Shown here in pieces: positions 33,000-42,160 of a stretch of DNA of 51,698 bases (position 1 is its first letter; each line of letters begins with the position of its first letter). A program made the translations under genes and the position numbers. A model generated the notes under the pieces. That model was not told the DNA's origin, ran no database searches, and saw nothing but the letters and a program-made list of their open reading frames with translations. The stretch is from positions 13,002 through 64,699 of the forward strand of contig CAZPMO010000003.1 of assembly GCA_964587515.1 (NCBI GenBank), in the 5' to 3' direction. The stretch is from an uncultured Rhodospirillaceae bacterium. Lineage in GTDB: Bacteria; Pseudomonadota; Alphaproteobacteria; MPNO01.

Positions 33000-35294
33000 A
33001 TGACGAAATTGAAATCCCGCCTTCCCTATCTGATCCTTTTCTTCTGCCTGGCCGGCGCATATCTGCTCGACGGGTTTCTGCCCCTCGAACATGCCCTGAT
33101 GGATCTCCGGTCCCATTTCTTCCAGAAGGAAGCGAGCGGCGAGACGGTTATCGTGGAGATCGATCCTCGCAGCCTGCGCGAACTCGACGTGTGGCCCTGG
33201 CCCCGGCGGCATCACGCCCAGGTGCTGGAACGGCTGCTGGAGGCGGGCGCCCGCCAGATCGCCGTCGATATCGATTTCAGTTCACGTTCCAACCCGGTCG
33301 ACGACCGGCGCCTCGCCGAGGTCCTGGAAAAGAGCCAGAACCGTGTGGTGCTTCCCGTATTCAGGCAGTTGGTCGTGCTCAGCGGCGGTGAACAGGAACT
33401 GATCTACACGGCGCCTTTAGAAGAATTCGAGAGGCATGTACGGCTCGCCGCGGTCGATATCCGGCTTGGACCGGATGGTTTGGTGCGGCGATACAACTCC
33501 TTTACCCGATGGAAAGACCGTTACATCGATAGCCTCGGGGCGATCATGGCGGGCGTGACCTCGGCGGACGAGGCCACCAACACGCCGGGCACCTTCTATG
33601 TCGACTTCGGCATCAGGCCGGAAACGGTGCCTCGGCTTTCCTTTGTCGATGTCCTGCACGGCCGGTTCAACCCGCAGGCGGTGGCCGGCAAGACCATCAT
33701 CATCGGCGCCGCCGCGGTCGAACTGGGCGATCACGTCGCGGTTCCTATTCACCGGATTTTGCCCGGCCCCGTCATGCAGGTGCTGGCGTCCGAATCCCTG
33801 ATCCAGGGCCGCGCCGTCCTGCGCAGCGCGGAACTGCCGATTCTCGCGATAACGCTATTAATCACACTGCTGTTCGGACCGCGCCTCTCGACCATCGGAT
33901 GGCGACGGGGCGGTATAGAGACATTGTTAGTTGCGCTGATCGGCCCGGCGACGTCTTACGTCGTTTTTATGGTTTATCCGCTGAGCGTCGATACGGCGCC
34001 GTTGATCCTGGCGCCGCTTCTGTCGTTCATTCTGAGCCAGTTAATGACCATCGACCGGCAGGCGGTCTGGCTATTCAAAAACCAGATGGCGGAAATGCAT
34101 CGGCGGGAAATGATGTCGTCCGTGATCAACGACAGTTTCGACGGAATCATGATCACCGACCATTTCGGCAACGTGAAAATGTTCAATCCCATGGCGACGC
34201 AGCTCCTCGGGTTCGAACCGCATGAGGTCGAGGGAAGCAAGATCGATACCCTGATCCCCTTGCCCGGGCCGGTGGCCGCTTTATACAACGAGGACAGGGA
34301 GGCGACGGGCGACGGCGTTCGGGTCGACGTGGTCGGACCTTTGGACCTGACCCTGAAGCATAAGGACGGCACCGAGTTGGACACGGAACTGATCGTCAGC
34401 TCCTCGAAACTCCGTATCCAGAATCATCCGCTGGAACGCCGTACCCATGACCGAGATATGTATATTTATACGTTCCGGGACCTTTCCGAACGGCAGCGCG
34501 CCAGAACGGCGATCGCGGCCAAGGAACAGGCGGAACTGGCCAACCGGGCGAAGACCGAATTCCTGGCGAATATGAGTCACGAATTGCGGACGCCGCTCAA
34601 CGCCGTCATCGGGTTCTCCGACCTGATGAAGACCGAGGTATACGGGCCGCTGGGCGCGGACCAATACAAGACCTTTACCAACGACATCAATTCCAGCGCC
34701 CACCACCTGCTCGAAGTGATCAACGACATTCTCGACATGTCGAAGATCGAGGCCGGCGAAATGACCTTGAACGAGGAGGAATTCGATCTCGAGGCGACGA
34801 TCCTTGCGAGCATCCGCCTGCTTAACGAGCGCGTTCAGAAAGGCGGCCTGACCTTGTCTTTCGAACGTCCTCCTGAGTCGCCGAGAATTGTGGGCGATCC
34901 CCGTCTTACCAAGCAAATACTGCTTAACCTGCTATCGAACGCGGTCAAATTCACGCCGAAGGACGGTCGCATCGAGGTCCGGGTCGATATGGAGAACGAT
35001 GGCGGGCTCGCCATCACCATCATCGATTCAGGCATCGGCATCTCCAACGAAGACCAGGAGAAGATCCTTCAGCCGTTTCAGCAGGCCGATAACTCCTTCA
35101 CGCGCAATTTCGAGGGCACCGGTCTGGGCTTGTCGCTCGTGCAGTCGATGATCCAATTACACGGTGGGACGTTCCGCTTTAAGAGCGAGCTTGACGTCGG
35201 CACCACCGTGACCGCGGTATTCCCGCCCGAACGCGTAAAATCTGTGTCGAATGTGACCCGCCTGAACGCCATGGGCCTGGTCGACGCCGGTTGA
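33000..35294 (+). CDS. CHASE2-domain sensor histidine kinase (CHASE2-TM-PAS-HisKA-HATPase)
   Basis: N-terminal TM, then the CHASE2 hallmark VIVEIDPRSLRELDVWPWPRRHHAQVLERLLEAGARQIAVDIDFS. Three or more TM helices and a PAS-like segment follow. H-box is SHELRTPLNAVIGFSDLM and G-box is GTGLGLSLV. No receiver domain or adjacent response regulator. Confidence 0.9.
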   Translation: MTKLKSRLPYLILFFCLAGAYLLDGFLPLEHALMDLRSHFFQKEASGETVIVEIDPRSLRELDVWPWPRRHHAQVLERLLEAGARQIAVDIDFSSRSNPVDDRRLAEVLEKSQNRVVLPVFRQLVVLSGGEQELIYTAPLEEFERHVRLAAVDIRLGPDGLVRRYNSFTRWKDRYIDSLGAIMAGVTSADEATNTPGTFYVDFGIRPETVPRLSFVDVLHGRFNPQAVAGKTIIIGAAAVELGDHVAVPIHRILPGPVMQVLASESLIQGRAVLRSAELPILAITLLITLLFGPRLSTIGWRRGGIETLLVALIGPATSYVVFMVYPLSVDTAPLILAPLLSFILSQLMTIDRQAVWLFKNQMAEMHRREMMSSVINDSFDGIMITDHFGNVKMFNPMATQLLGFEPHEVEGSKIDTLIPLPGPVAALYNEDREATGDGVRVDVVGPLDLTLKHKDGTELDTELIVSSSKLRIQNHPLERRTHDRDMYIYTFRDLSERQRARTAIAAKEQAELANRAKTEFLANMSHELRTPLNAVIGFSDLMKTEVYGPLGADQYKTFTNDINSSAHHLLEVINDILDMSKIEAGEMTLNEEEFDLEATILASIRLLNERVQKGGLTLSFERPPESPRIVGDPRLTKQILLNLLSNAVKFTPKDGRIEVRVDMENDGGLAITIIDSGIGISNEDQEKILQPFQQADNSFTRNFEGTGLGLSLVQSMIQLHGGTFRFKSELDVGTTVTAVFPPERVKSVSNVTRLNAMGLVDAG

Positions 35295-35316
35295 CCGCCC
35301 GACGGCGCTCTCGAAA

Positions 35317-35925
35317 TCAGTCGAGGTTCGCTGTCATCTCCCGGATCCAGCTTTCGTCGGCATCGAGCGTATCAAGCTCGCGGCGCGCGTCTTCCGTGGT
35401 CTGTTTTACCGATCCGATCACCCCCGGCGCTTCGCCCGCCGACGGCTGGCAGCACGCTTCCAGCCTGATATTGCTGGGGTCGTAGAAATAGATCGACTGC
35501 AACCCCGGCAGGATATCGATCGGGCCATCGAATTCGACGCCATGTTCGGCCAGACGCGCCTGAATCTCGGCGAACCTCTCGACGGTGACGGTGAAGGCGA
35601 CATGCTGCATGCCGCCGATATCGTCGCGATCGACCTGACTCTGGGCGTCCTTCGGAATTTCGAAGAAGGCCAGCAGGCTATCGTTTCCCATATCGAAGAA
35701 ATAATGGCGGATTTCCTCGTATCGCGGATTGCCGCGATTGCCCGGCCCGGTGCCGACGCCCGGCGGCACGGTCATCGCGTGAACCAACGGCATGCCGACG
35801 ATCCGGACATAGAATTCGGTGGTCGCCTTCATTTCCTCGGTGGTCAGGGCAAGGTGATGCACCCCGCGGGTGACAACCTTTCCGGCGGCGGTATCGGTGC
35901 GATCAAGCGTCTTGGAATCGGCCAT
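35317..35925 (-). CDS. VOC (glyoxalase/bleomycin-resistance/extradiol dioxygenase) family protein
   Basis: GVHHLALTTEEMKATTEFYVRIVGMPLVH...MQHVAFTV...IYFYDPSNIRLE. AAGGAGAA SD lies before the ATG at 35925. The longer ORF to 36276 is unsupported. Confidence 0.8.
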   Translation of the reverse strand: MADSKTLDRTDTAAGKVVTRGVHHLALTTEEMKATTEFYVRIVGMPLVHAMTVPPGVGTGPGNRGNPRYEEIRHYFFDMGNDSLLAFFEIPKDAQSQVDRDDIGGMQHVAFTVTVERFAEIQARLAEHGVEFDGPIDILPGLQSIYFYDPSNIRLEACCQPSAGEAPGVIGSVKQTTEDARRELDTLDADESWIREMTANLD

Positions 35926-36037
35926 GATTATTCTCCTTGTTCCACAAGGCGCGGTGATAGCCAAAAGTTTAGCCCACATTGCCGATGGCCGCCACGCCCC
36001 CTCGACGAATCGCGGCGGCTGTACTAGATTCTCCCTC

Positions 36038-37387
36038 ATGACCGAACACGCCAGGGATTTCATGACCGCCTTCGAGGATCGCACAGCCGGCATCCTCGAC
36101 GCCTGCACGCGCTGCGGCAAATGCGTGGACGTGTGCCCGATGCCCGACGCCATCGGCATGGACGCGACCGATTCCGAAGCCATCGCCTCGGGCGTGCTCG
36201 ATATATTGCGCACTGGCGCCGGGCCGGAAATTTCAGCGCGATGGGTGGCCGCCTGCACCGGCAGCGGCCATTGCATTCAGGCCTGTGAACACGGCATCAA
36301 CCCGCGATTCATGCTGGCCGCCGCGCGGGCCGCGCTGCGGCGCGAAGGCGCGGCGACGGCAAGCGCGGTAACAGACGACAGCGGCCAGCAATTTCGCGTC
36401 ATGAGCCGCGCCGTGCGGGTGCTCTCACAATTGCAGCTTCCGCCCGACGTGCTGCAGCGGCTCGGCCAGATTCGCGGCTCTGGCGGAGAGAGAGCGGACG
36501 AGCCGGAAAACCCCGATATCATTCTCTACACCGGCTGCAACGTCCTCAAGACGCCGTATATCGTTCTTCTGTGTCTCGATATCCTGGACGCGCTGGGGGC
36601 GAGCTATCGGGTCGTGGGCGGGCCGGCATATTGCTGCGGCGTGTTGCAGTTCGGGGCCGGCGACCTCGAAGGGTTCGGCCGCCTCGCCGGCAAGACCATG
36701 GACAAGCTCGCCGAAACCAATGTCCCCAAGGTGCTGGCCTGGTGCCCAAGCTGCCAGGTCCATCTCGGCGAGGCGGCGATGGATACGATTTCGGACGACG
36801 ACACCGCGCCGTTCGACATGTCGCCCTTCATCATCCATCTCGCGGGCCGGCTGGACGAGCTTCGCCCGATGATGACGCGGCGCGTGGAAAAGCGCATCGG
36901 GCTGCACGAGCATCCCGGCGTGGCCGGCATCACCGAAGCCGCGCTTGCCCTGCTGGAAGCGGTCCCCGGGCTCGAAATCGTCGATCTTGAACAGCCGCGC
37001 ATCGGCTATATGTGCAACAGGATCAACGCCGTCCCGGAATACAAGCGCGACTACCACGCCGAACAGCTCGCCGCCGCCGAGGCCGCCGGCGTCGATGCGC
37101 TGGTCGGCATCTATCATGTCTGTCACCGCGAGTTGTGCTCTCACGAGCGCGACTGGCCGTTCGAAATCGTGAACTTCATGGAGCTGATCGGCGAGAGCAT
37201 GGGGATCGAGCGCCCCGATCTATTCAAGCGGCTGAAGATCATGCAGGACGTGGAGACCATCATCGCCGATTCCGCCGACATGATCGCGCTGCACGACATG
37301 GACCCCGACAACGTCCGCGAAATCCTGCTAAAGGCCATGCTGGGCGAACAGCCACTGCCGCTGGGCCGCGCCCGCGCGCCGGCCTGA
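36038..37387 (+). CDS. (Fe-S)-binding protein with two CCG domains (HdrD/GlpC/GlcF-like)
   Basis: CTRCGKCVDVCP and CTGSGHCIQACEHG ferredoxin-type motifs, then Cys-rich CCG-type segments (YTGCNVLK...YCCG; WCPSCQ...; YMCN...YHVCH). Confidence 0.8.
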   Translation: MTEHARDFMTAFEDRTAGILDACTRCGKCVDVCPMPDAIGMDATDSEAIASGVLDILRTGAGPEISARWVAACTGSGHCIQACEHGINPRFMLAAARAALRREGAATASAVTDDSGQQFRVMSRAVRVLSQLQLPPDVLQRLGQIRGSGGERADEPENPDIILYTGCNVLKTPYIVLLCLDILDALGASYRVVGGPAYCCGVLQFGAGDLEGFGRLAGKTMDKLAETNVPKVLAWCPSCQVHLGEAAMDTISDDDTAPFDMSPFIIHLAGRLDELRPMMTRRVEKRIGLHEHPGVAGITEAALALLEAVPGLEIVDLEQPRIGYMCNRINAVPEYKRDYHAEQLAAAEAAGVDALVGIYHVCHRELCSHERDWPFEIVNFMELIGESMGIERPDLFKRLKIMQDVETIIADSADMIALHDMDPDNVREILLKAMLGEQPLPLGRARAPA

Positions 37388-37388
37388 A

Positions 37389-37529
37389 TTATCCCCGCTC
37401 CTCGCCGATTTTAAAATCAAGCTCAAGGTCTTCGAGGAAGGCTGGCTGAAGAAGGCTAAAAAAGCCGGCGTCGACGGAACCGCGGCGTTGGCCTATTTCC
37501 GCGACCAGGTCGCGAATTTCAAGCCTTAA
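37389..37529 (+). pseudogene. Possible 3' remnant of a TRAP substrate-binding-protein gene (no start codon)
   Basis: An open frame from 37332 to the TAA at 37527-37529 has no ATG/GTG before a late TTG. It encodes ...LLADFKIKLKVFEEGWLKKAKKAGVDGTAALAYFRDQVANFKP with GC-biased third positions. The tail resembles the C-terminus of the other TRAP SBP in this window (WAKRQDAKGLPGSAVFEAYLSEL). It lies exactly where a dctP would precede dctQM. Confidence 0.3.
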
Positions 37530-37548
37530 GAGATCGGCCCGACGGATC

Positions 37549-37573
37549 GCCGGCGCGCCCCGCGCGCGCCGGC
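37549..37573 (+). other. GC hairpin between the SBP-like remnant and dctQ
   Basis: GCCGGCGCGC (37549-37558), loop cccgc, GCGCGCCGGC (37564-37573). Confidence 0.6.
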
Positions 37574-37604
37574 ACCGGCCGGGCGCCCGGGGGGAACAAA
37601 AACA

Positions 37605-38144
37605 ATGGTCGATGACGTCGGGGAGCCGGTGAGCCACGACGGTTCGGCGCGCGTGGTCCGCGCGCTGGACCTTTCGCTCGGCGTGGTGCTCTCGATACTC
37701 GTATTTTTCATGATGTGCCTGACGTTCGTCGATGTGTCCGGCCGCCAGGCGTTCGACGCGCCGGTGCCGGGCGGCTACGAGATGACCCAGATGGCCATGG
37801 GGCTGGTCGTCTATATCGGGCTGCCCGTCGTCTGCGCCCGGCGCGAGCACATTACGATCGGATTGCTGGATTATCTGTTTCGCGGCACGGTCAAGCGGGT
37901 GCAGCAAACCACCATCAACCTGTTGCTGGGCGCGATGACGGTGGTATGGGCGTACGAGGTGTGGCTGCAGGCCGGCAAACTCGCGGCCAGCGGCGAGATA
38001 TTGATGTATCTGCGTCTGCCGGTGGCGCCGGTGGTCTATGTCATGGCCGTGCTGACCCTGGTCGCCGCGTTCTTTCTGTTCCTGATGGCCTGGCTGGTGG
38101 CGCGCGGCAAGGCGCCGCCGTCGCCGCAACTGGGTCTGCAATAG
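37605..38144 (+). CDS. TRAP transporter small permease (DctQ-type)
   Basis: 179-aa protein with 4 TM helices, directly upstream of a DctM-type gene. Confidence 0.75.
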   Translation: MVDDVGEPVSHDGSARVVRALDLSLGVVLSILVFFMMCLTFVDVSGRQAFDAPVPGGYEMTQMAMGLVVYIGLPVVCARREHITIGLLDYLFRGTVKRVQQTTINLLLGAMTVVWAYEVWLQAGKLAASGEILMYLRLPVAPVVYVMAVLTLVAAFFLFLMAWLVARGKAPPSPQLGLQ

Positions 38145-38147
38145 ACC

Positions 38148-39440
38148 ATGGAGGTCGTCGGCATAGGCTTCCTCGCGCTGTTCGCGCTGCTGTTCCTGCA
38201 GGTGCCGATCGCGTTCGGCATGGCGATCGTCGGCACCATCGGCTTCGCCTATTATATCGGTATCGGACCCGCCTTCCGGTCGATCGGCTCGACCGCCACC
38301 GACATGGTCATGGTGTACGAATTCTCGGTGCTGCCGCTGTTCGTGCTGATGGGCAACTTCGTGGCCCGCTCCGGCATCTCGCACGATCTCTACGTAGCTT
38401 CGCACGCCTGGCTCGGCCATCGCCGCGGCGGGCTCGCCATGGCGACCGTGGTGGCGTGCGGCGGCTTCTCGGCCGTGTGCGGCTCCAGCCTGGCGACGGT
38501 CGCCACCATGTCGCGGGTTGCGATGCCGTCGATGCGCCGGTTCCACTATGCCGAAAGCCTCGCCGCCGGATCGATCGCCGCCGGCGGCACGCTCGGCATT
38601 CTGATCCCGCCGTCGATCGCGCTGGTGTTCTACGGCATCATGACCGAGACCGACATCGGCAAACTGTTCGCCGCCGGCATCGTGCCGGGAATTATCGGCA
38701 TCGTGTGCTACGCCGCCGCGGTCGGCATCATGACCCGCATCAACCCGTCGCTCGGCCCGCCAGGCGACCCGCTGCCGTGGCGCGAACGGTTCCGTTCCCT
38801 GAACGGCGTGTGGGGCATGCTGATTCTGTTCGTGATCGTGATGGGCGGCATTTATGGCGGGTTCTTCACACCCACCGAGGCGGCCGGCGTCGGCGCCACG
38901 GGCGCGTTCTTCATCGCGCTGGCGCGCGGGCGGCTGACCCTGCGCACCACCTGGGACGCGCTGGCCGAGACCGGACGGACGACGGCGATGCTGCTGACCT
39001 TGTTGATCGGCTCACTGCTGTTCGCCAACTTCATCAATGTCGCGCGTCTGCCCAACGAGATCGCCGACTGGCTGACGGCGATCGATGTGGCGCCGATCAT
39101 GGTGGTTGTCCTGTGCGTGGGGATCTATGTGCTGCTGGGGTGCATCCTCGAAAGCATCTCGATGCTGCTGCTGACGGTGCCGGTGTTCTATCCGGTCATG
39201 CAGGCGCTGGGCTTCGACCTGGTCTGGTTCGGCATTGTCGTCGTCGTGGTGATCGAGATCAGCCTGATCACGCCGCCCATCGGGCTCAACGTATTCGTGC
39301 TCAACGCGCTGCTGCCCGAGGTCGAGCTCACCACCATCTTCCGCGGCGTATTGCCGTTCATCGCCGCCGATATCGTCCGCATCGCGCTGATCATCCTTTT
39401 CCCAAGCATCGCGCTGTTCCTGCCACGCATGATGAATTGA
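38148..39440 (+). CDS. TRAP transporter large permease (DctM-type)
   Basis: 430-aa polytopic protein, clearly paralogous to the protein at 23975..25300 (e.g. YEFSVLPLFVLMGNFV vs YEFGVIPLFVLMGLFV). Confidence 0.9.
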   Translation: MEVVGIGFLALFALLFLQVPIAFGMAIVGTIGFAYYIGIGPAFRSIGSTATDMVMVYEFSVLPLFVLMGNFVARSGISHDLYVASHAWLGHRRGGLAMATVVACGGFSAVCGSSLATVATMSRVAMPSMRRFHYAESLAAGSIAAGGTLGILIPPSIALVFYGIMTETDIGKLFAAGIVPGIIGIVCYAAAVGIMTRINPSLGPPGDPLPWRERFRSLNGVWGMLILFVIVMGGIYGGFFTPTEAAGVGATGAFFIALARGRLTLRTTWDALAETGRTTAMLLTLLIGSLLFANFINVARLPNEIADWLTAIDVAPIMVVVLCVGIYVLLGCILESISMLLLTVPVFYPVMQALGFDLVWFGIVVVVVIEISLITPPIGLNVFVLNALLPEVELTTIFRGVLPFIAADIVRIALIILFPSIALFLPRMMN

Positions 39441-39480
39441 GGGGGAGCGCCCCGAGAACTCGTTGTTGGCGGTGGGTCAA

Positions 39481-39557
39481 CCACAGAGGCGCGGAGACAC
39501 AGAGGACAAACAAAAACATGTTGTTGTTTTTTTCTCAGTGTCTCTGCGCCTCTGTGG
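39481..39557. repeat. 77-bp imperfect palindrome (REP/MITE-like element or bidirectional terminator)
   Basis: The 20-nt arms CCACAGAGGCGCGGAGACAC (39481-39500) and GTGTCTCTGCGCCTCTGTGG (39538-39557) are complementary with one mismatch. The inner A/T-rich part is partly self-complementary. It sits between convergent genes. Confidence 0.7.
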
Positions 39558-39606
39558 TGAAAAATCGTTCGTATTGTGCCGCATTCACGGCGTTAAGCGA
39601 CCCAGT

Positions 39607-40659
39607 TTAACCAGAGCCGTTTACCAGGGCGGCGCCTTGGACCAGGGCGCGCAGTTTGCCTGATGCCGCGGCGCGGCTGCGGGGCACCATGCCGCAATCG
39701 GTGCACGCGATCAGATGGTCGGCATCGACGTGACGCAGCGCGGCGGCGATGCGCTCGGCGACCAGTTCCGGGCTTTCCACCTCTTCGGTCCCCACATCGA
39801 TGACGCCGACCATCACGTCCTTGCCCTTGAGCGCATCGAGCACCGCGAGGTCGACGCCCGAAGCGGCGCACTCGACCGAGACCTGATCGATCGAACTACC
39901 CGCGAGCAGCGGCAGGGTGCGGTGATAATGGCTCCAGTCCTGGTTTTCCGTCTTCCAGGCGAGCACGCCGGGCGTGCCGTAGCCATAGCAGATGTGGACG
40001 GCGCGGGTCGCGTCGACGCCGTCGAAGGCGCGTTCCAGCATCTCGATCCCCCAGTCGGCGACGGCGTCCACATAGATGTTGAAACAGGGCTCGTCGATCT
40101 GGATCACGTCGCAGCCGGCCTCGGCGAGGGCGCGGGCTTCCTTATTGAGAATATCGGCATACGCCATGGCGAAATCGGCGTCGGAGCGGCCGCCATGTTC
40201 GTCGATAACGCTGTCGGCGAGCGTCATCGGGCCGGGCAGCGTCACCTTGACCGGCCGATCGGTGCGCGCCTTGGCGAATTCCAGCGCCTCGACCATGACC
40301 GGGCCGGGCCATGTCAGGTCGCTTACGATACGCGGCGCCTTGGTCTCTTCGGCATAACGCTGGCCGCGGCTCCGGCGCAGTCCGAGATCGCCGAAATCGA
40401 TGGTTCCCAGAGTCTCCAGAAAACCCCAGATGTAATGGCGGCGGCGCTGTTCGCCGTCACCGACGATATCGATCCCGGCGTGGTTCTGATCCTCCAGCCA
40501 CAGCGCGACGGCATCGTCCTGGCCCTCGCGCAGACTTTCGCCGTCCAGACGCCAGTGCGCGTAGAGCTTCTCGGGCTCGGCGAGCCAGGTCGGTTTGGGC
40601 AGGCTGCCCGTGATGGTAGTGCGAATATCAGCCACGGGCATCGAGCGTATGCAGCTCAC
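39607..40659 (-). CDS. Cobalamin-independent methionine synthase-like protein (MetE C-terminal domain family)
   Basis: IRTTITGSLPKPTWL..., DGEQRRRHYIWGF, and a C-terminal ...DCGM motif region. GTG start at 40659 (AAGGTG SD) or ATG at 40641. Confidence 0.8.
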   Translation of the reverse strand: MSCIRSMPVADIRTTITGSLPKPTWLAEPEKLYAHWRLDGESLREGQDDAVALWLEDQNHAGIDIVGDGEQRRRHYIWGFLETLGTIDFGDLGLRRSRGQRYAEETKAPRIVSDLTWPGPVMVEALEFAKARTDRPVKVTLPGPMTLADSVIDEHGGRSDADFAMAYADILNKEARALAEAGCDVIQIDEPCFNIYVDAVADWGIEMLERAFDGVDATRAVHICYGYGTPGVLAWKTENQDWSHYHRTLPLLAGSSIDQVSVECAASGVDLAVLDALKGKDVMVGVIDVGTEEVESPELVAERIAAALRHVDADHLIACTDCGMVPRSRAAASGKLRALVQGAALVNGSG

Positions 40660-42160
40660 GCCGCATCACCTTGCCGGTGCTGGTCTTCGGCAGGTCGGCG
40701 ACGAACTGGACCTCGCGCGGCACCTTGTAGGCGGCAAGTTCGCCGCGGCAGAAGGCGATGATGTCGTCCGCGTCCCCGTCGGCGCCCTCCCTGAGCACGA
40801 TATAGGCCTTGGCGATCTCACCCTTGACCTCGTCGGTGCGCGGCCCGACGGCCACCAGGGCGACCGCGGGATGGGCGGCGATGACGCGCTCCAACTCAGC
40901 CGGATAAATATTGTAGCCCGCCGTCAGGATCATGTCCTTCTTGCGGTCGACGATGAAGATGTAGCCGTCCTCGTCCATGCTGGCGAGGTCGCCGGTGTGC
41001 AGCCAGCCGTCGTCCTCGATGTTCTCGGCGGTCGCGGCGTCGTTGCCGAAATAACCCTGCATCACGATCGGCCCGCGCGCCATCAGCTCGCCGACCTCGC
41101 CCGCCGGCATTGTGGTTTCGGCGTTGTCGACCGCCGCGATACGCATTTCCGTATAAGGCAATGCGATACCGATCGAGCCGTGGCGGTTGCGGCCGTAAAG
41201 CGGGTGGGTGGTGCCCAGCCCGGCGAGCTCGGTCATGCCCCAGAGCTCGATCAGCGGACAGTCGAACCGCGCCTCGACCTCCTCCATCTTGGCCACCGGC
41301 ATGGTCTGGCCGCCGACGGTGCACCGGGTGAGAGAGGAAAGATCGGTCTCGTCCAGCTTGGCGTTATTGAGGAGATACATGTACATGGTCGGCACGCCCT
41401 CGAACATGGTCGCCCGATAGCGCTCGATGCTGTCGAGGATCTCGTCCTCGACGAACGCCGCGTGCAGCACCAGCGTCATGCCATAGAGCAAGGCGGCGTT
41501 CATGATCACGTTGCCGTAGACATGCGGGCACGGCAGCGCGGTGACCACCGTGTCGGCTTCGGTGCGGACATGCATCTGAGCGGTCATGGCGGCATTCATC
41601 AGCACCGCCTCGTGCGACTGCATGGCGCCCTTGGGGTGGCCGGTGGTGCCCGAAGTATAGCAGATCGTCGACATGTCACCCGGCGCCCCGGAAACCACGT
41701 CGAACCCGGGGTCGTTATGGGCCAGCAGTTCTTGGAACGACCGCGCGCCGTGCGCGACATCGGCGTCGTCGAACAGCACGATCTCGGCGACGTCGGAGGT
41801 TTCCCTGACGCCCAGGATCGGCGCGCCCTTCTCGCCCGAGGCGAGGATCGCCTTGGCGCCGCAGTCGCGCACCACGAACTCGACCTCGGACGGCGTCAGC
41901 ATGACGTTGATCGGATTGATCACCGCGCCGAGCTTGAGCACGCCGTGGTATCCCACCACCCATTCCCAGCGGTTGGCCGAATAGAGCGTGACGATGTCGC
42001 CCGCGCCGATGCCGAGCCCGGAAAGACCGCGGGCAAGCCGGTCGGAAAGATCGTCGAGTTCGGCGAACGAAAACTCGCGCCCCGCGAAGACCAGCGCCGT
42101 CTTATCGCCATAGAGCCGGGCCGCGCGCGGCAGCACCGCGCCGAGTGTGTCGAGCATCAT
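40628..42160 (-). CDS. AMP-dependent acyl-CoA synthetase/ligase
   Basis: The ICYTSGTTGHPKGAM AMP-binding motif, GELMARGP, and a C-terminal ...LPKTSTGKVMRREL. Confidence 0.9.
   Translation of the reverse strand: MMLDTLGAVLPRAARLYGDKTALVFAGREFSFAELDDLSDRLARGLSGLGIGAGDIVTLYSANRWEWVVGYHGVLKLGAVINPINVMLTPSEVEFVVRDCGAKAILASGEKGAPILGVRETSDVAEIVLFDDADVAHGARSFQELLAHNDPGFDVVSGAPGDMSTICYTSGTTGHPKGAMQSHEAVLMNAAMTAQMHVRTEADTVVTALPCPHVYGNVIMNAALLYGMTLVLHAAFVEDEILDSIERYRATMFEGVPTMYMYLLNNAKLDETDLSSLTRCTVGGQTMPVAKMEEVEARFDCPLIELWGMTELAGLGTTHPLYGRNRHGSIGIALPYTEMRIAAVDNAETTMPAGEVGELMARGPIVMQGYFGNDAATAENIEDDGWLHTGDLASMDEDGYIFIVDRKKDMILTAGYNIYPAELERVIAAHPAVALVAVGPRTDEVKGEIAKAYIVLREGADGDADDIIAFCRGELAAYKVPREVQFVADLPKTSTGKVMRRELHTLDARG

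Noticed and set aside
32040-33060. Minus-strand ORFs with poly-Ala, Pro-Leu and Cys-Arg repeats (32040..32900, 32357..32926, 32596..33060) and the plus-strand poly-Ala ORF 32749..33003.
   Set aside because: They are alternative readings of the GGC/AGC repeat that encodes the Gly/Ser tail of the FecR-domain protein. No independent support exists.
37389-39610. ORFs 37389..38546 (-, 385 aa, His/Arg/Gln-rich) and 37715..39610 (+, 631 aa, Arg-rich).
   Set aside because: They overlap the clearly polytopic DctQ/DctM reading frames in other frames or strands, and their composition is implausible for real proteins.
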